A stretch of DNA of 64,000 nt from Eledone cirrhosa. Its lineage: Eukaryota. A program made the position numbers and the translations under genes. Numbering within the stretch: position 1 is the first letter of the stretch; every line of letters starts with the position of its first letter. The notes under the pieces are model-generated. The model did not search any database. It was not told the origin of the DNA and saw nothing but the letters and a program-made list of their open reading frames with translations. Of this stretch, positions 61,009 to 64,000 are shown piece after piece. The stretch spans positions 40,424,001-40,488,000 of the forward strand of contig OZ024745.1 in NCBI GenBank assembly GCA_964016885.1, written 5' to 3'.

Positions 61009-61330
61009 ATAGTATAAAAAAACGAAAAATCAGTGATGCATCTGGACTCAGTTTACTGCGTGTTACATTTCTTTCGCCGGCAGGTAGCTCGAGACATGAT
61101 CACTGCATGGATCTGGCTGATTCTACGGCTGCAGGTTCCTTCGAACACGGGTATTTCGTTCGGAGCAAATTTTCTCCGAACGAACTACCCGTGTCCGTAG
61201 GAACCTGCAGCCGTAGAATCAGCCATATCCATGCAGTGATCATGTCTCGAGCTACCTGCCGGCGAAAGAAATGTAACACGCAGTAAACTGAGTCCAGATG
61301 CATCACTGATTTTTCGTTTTGTTATACTAT
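61009..61330. repeat. ~320-bp near-perfect palindrome continuous with a PLE-type tail (60925-61008, minus)
   Basis: Arms are centred near 61169. Tail motif agcactcaata at 60977. The right arm ends in (TA)n. Confidence 0.9.
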
Positions 61331-61589
61331 ATATATATATATATATTTTCTTATCATACATACATACATACATGTATACCCATGCAATTACAGGTGGTTA
61401 TGTACCTTGATGCCTTTAGTCAGTAACGCATGAATCAATGGAAGCTAAAAAAATTAAAAGGTTAAAAAATTAACAGGAAGGCGTATAATTAGGAGAAGGA
61501 GATACTAACAAAAAGGTACATCACATAGAACTATAGTGAGCTGTCACATAGAACTATAGTGAGCTGCTATTTAGAATGTTTAATTAGGT

Positions 61590-62260
61590 TTATAGTACTT
61601 AAATGTTTTACGTATACGGTGATTACAAGCTATAATCAGTTCTTGTCTTTTATTCAATAAATCGTCCTTAGATTTAGTAATTTCCAAGATCTCTCCGGAA
61701 CATAATCTGCATTCTCTCCTGTTCCCAAGATATGGAGTTCTTTGCAGAATTGTATCCAACGATAGTTTGAAATCTATATTTTTCTTTTTATAGCTATTTA
61801 CTGCTTCAGCTAAAGTTGTGGTGTTAGCTAGTTTAGTATTGTTAAAGCTACTGGAGTGTGCGTAATATATTTTCTTAAATGTGTTCGATATAGATCATAT
61901 ATACTATTTGTTGGAGACAGTACTACACACAGTGCATTTATATATTACATTATTAATCAAACAGTTGCCATTTAAGGGGTAAACGCTTCTATTTCTGCAA
62001 TTACAACCATACGTAAGATGCTTGGTGGAGGTACCTACATAATTCTCATTAATCCTGGGGCTATTCTTATTGTAAATAGTGTTAGAGAGAGAAAGAGTGC
62101 TGCTTTGTGGGTGATTTGTGGTGGGGTTGTATTGTGATTTTGTGTTATGTTGTATTTGTGTTGGTGATTTGGGAGGTTGTGTTTTCCAGGTTGAAGGATT
62201 GGATTATTTGTCCTTTTAAAAAGTGCAGTCTTTATTAAATTATGTTGTGGTGGTGTGGTC
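61590..62260 (-). pseudogene. Decayed Naiad-like GIY-YIG fragment
   Basis: Minus strand: GCNCRNRSVYPLNGNCLINNVIYKC...TTTLAE. Confidence 0.75.
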
Positions 62261-62296
62261 ATATTATTTTTAAATTTATAAATGTTGTAGTTGCTT

Positions 62297-62346
<50 letters not shown>

Positions 62347-62383
62347 CAGCGATTCTTTGCTTAAACTTTAATCTGTTATTTTA

Positions 62384-62428
<45 letters not shown>

Positions 62429-62517
62429 TATATACACACATATATATTTAGAATGAGACTTAAAACATTATGTCTAATGTGTCAGTACCTGTTATATGTG
62501 CTTGTGCGCACACACAC

Positions 62518-62658
<141 letters not shown>

Positions 62659-63086
62659 TAATCCTTCGGGTGAGATTTAGATACGTGTCATCCGTAAATT
62701 CGTTTTACTGCAAGTTCGTGAGCAAAGAACTGATCTCTTATTCTCAATATATAAAGGTTGTCCATTCTGCCAGATGAGTCAATCGTTGTTATTGAACAGC
62801 ATGTTTTGCCATTAAAGAAGGATGGTGTACAATTCTACGTGCATGCGTACGTCGACAACAGTGTAAATATTTGAATATCACGGACAAAGTGACAAGTGTA
62901 AAATTGTAACTGTTTAATGAGTAGCAGATATCATATATAAGTAACGTTTGTCAGCAAACACACTTAACATCTCCATAAAACAAAATATTATTTTGAAAAG
63001 CGTTGAGCCCTCTAGCTTCAGGCTGCTTAACTAAGACTCTACACCTAGGGTAAGGTGTTTGTGAAGTGTTTCTTACATTCTGCTTT

Positions 63087-63151
<65 letters not shown>

Positions 63152-63440
63152 ATGTGCATATGCATGCGGGTATGGGTGTGTGTGGGTGTGTGATTGATTG
63201 TTTGTGTAGAGTGCGTAGCTCGGAGGTCATTCCGGGTACAAGCTAATTGAGAGCTATCAGCTCCTATACTATGGGCATGTGGTTCGAATATCTCAGGAAT
63301 GAATGAGTCGCTTGTGAGATTGTAGGGGTAAATCGAACGGGCATGAGAGCCAGGTGCAAATCCCGAGCAAGATGCTTGTATAACATTGATCAGCTTGGCT
63401 TGATTCGCTCGAGGATCCAGCCTGACTGGTACGAAGCGTA

Positions 63441-63490
<50 letters not shown>

Positions 63491-63491
<1 letters not shown>

Positions 63492-64000
63492 GAACCGCAT
63501 GTTCGACAACAACCAGAAGATGCTGTTTGGACACAGAACCGCATGTTCGACAACAACCAGAAGATGTTGTTTGGACAGCTTGAGGGGAAAGAAAGAGGCA
63601 ACGACTTGATCCCTGGGGCGGAGCAAACTAAAACATTCTGGAGAGGAATATGGGAGCAGGATGTTAGACACAATGCCCAGGCAGGGTGGATTGAGACAGT
63701 ACAGAGGGAGATCGGTGAGCAGGCACAGCAACAGACTGATTTGAGTATCACAGTTGAAACTCTTAAGGGGCAGGCCAAAAAACTAACCAACTGGAAATCA
63801 CCAGGCCCAGATGGTGTGCAGGGGTATTGGATTAAACATTTAACATCCCTCCACCCGAAGCTGACGGCCATGTTCAATGACTGCTTGGTGTCGGGTGAGG
63901 TGCCAGAGTGGTTGACAAAAGGTACCACAGTTCTGATAATGAAAGACCGAATCAAGGGTAATGATGTTACCAACTATAGACCTATCACATGTCTGTCCGT
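63491..64000 (+). mobile_element. 5'-truncated R4/Dong-like LINE following (TAA)n; runs off the window
   Basis: Reverse complement of 15170-15636 (WKSPGPDGVQGYW, NYRPITCL). Confidence 0.9.

Overview
AT-rich eukaryotic repeat graveyard with no recognisable host exon. The SINE family and the (TA)n/(CA)n/(GA)n density suggest an octopus/cephalopod genome (inference). Almost all non-microsatellite sequence is decayed retroelement: (i) at least five Penelope-like element (PLE) lineages (Naiad-like, Neptune-like and one other; RT plus GIY-YIG), nearly all abutting (TA)n tracts, with tandem and inverted pseudo-LTRs (pLTRs); (ii) two Tx1/L1-like LINEs; (iii) R4/Dong-like RLE LINEs sitting in (TAA)n tracts; (iv) RTE fragments; (v) about 9 tRNA-type SINEs; (vi) a non-autonomous Helitron. 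The main signal beyond the ORF track is about 25 intact, partial or degenerate type I hammerhead ribozyme (HHR) motifs read by eye. Several have a compensatory U3:A8 core and palindromic stem III. Some sit in protein-free 520-600 bp head-to-tail units (retrozyme-like) inserted in (TA)n. Junction footprints also recur: inverted or nearby copies of flank DNA, and 16-bp palindromes with a single central A. Most YIYI/HTHT ORFs in the track are microsatellite artefacts. Coordinates were counted by hand; element ends are approximate.
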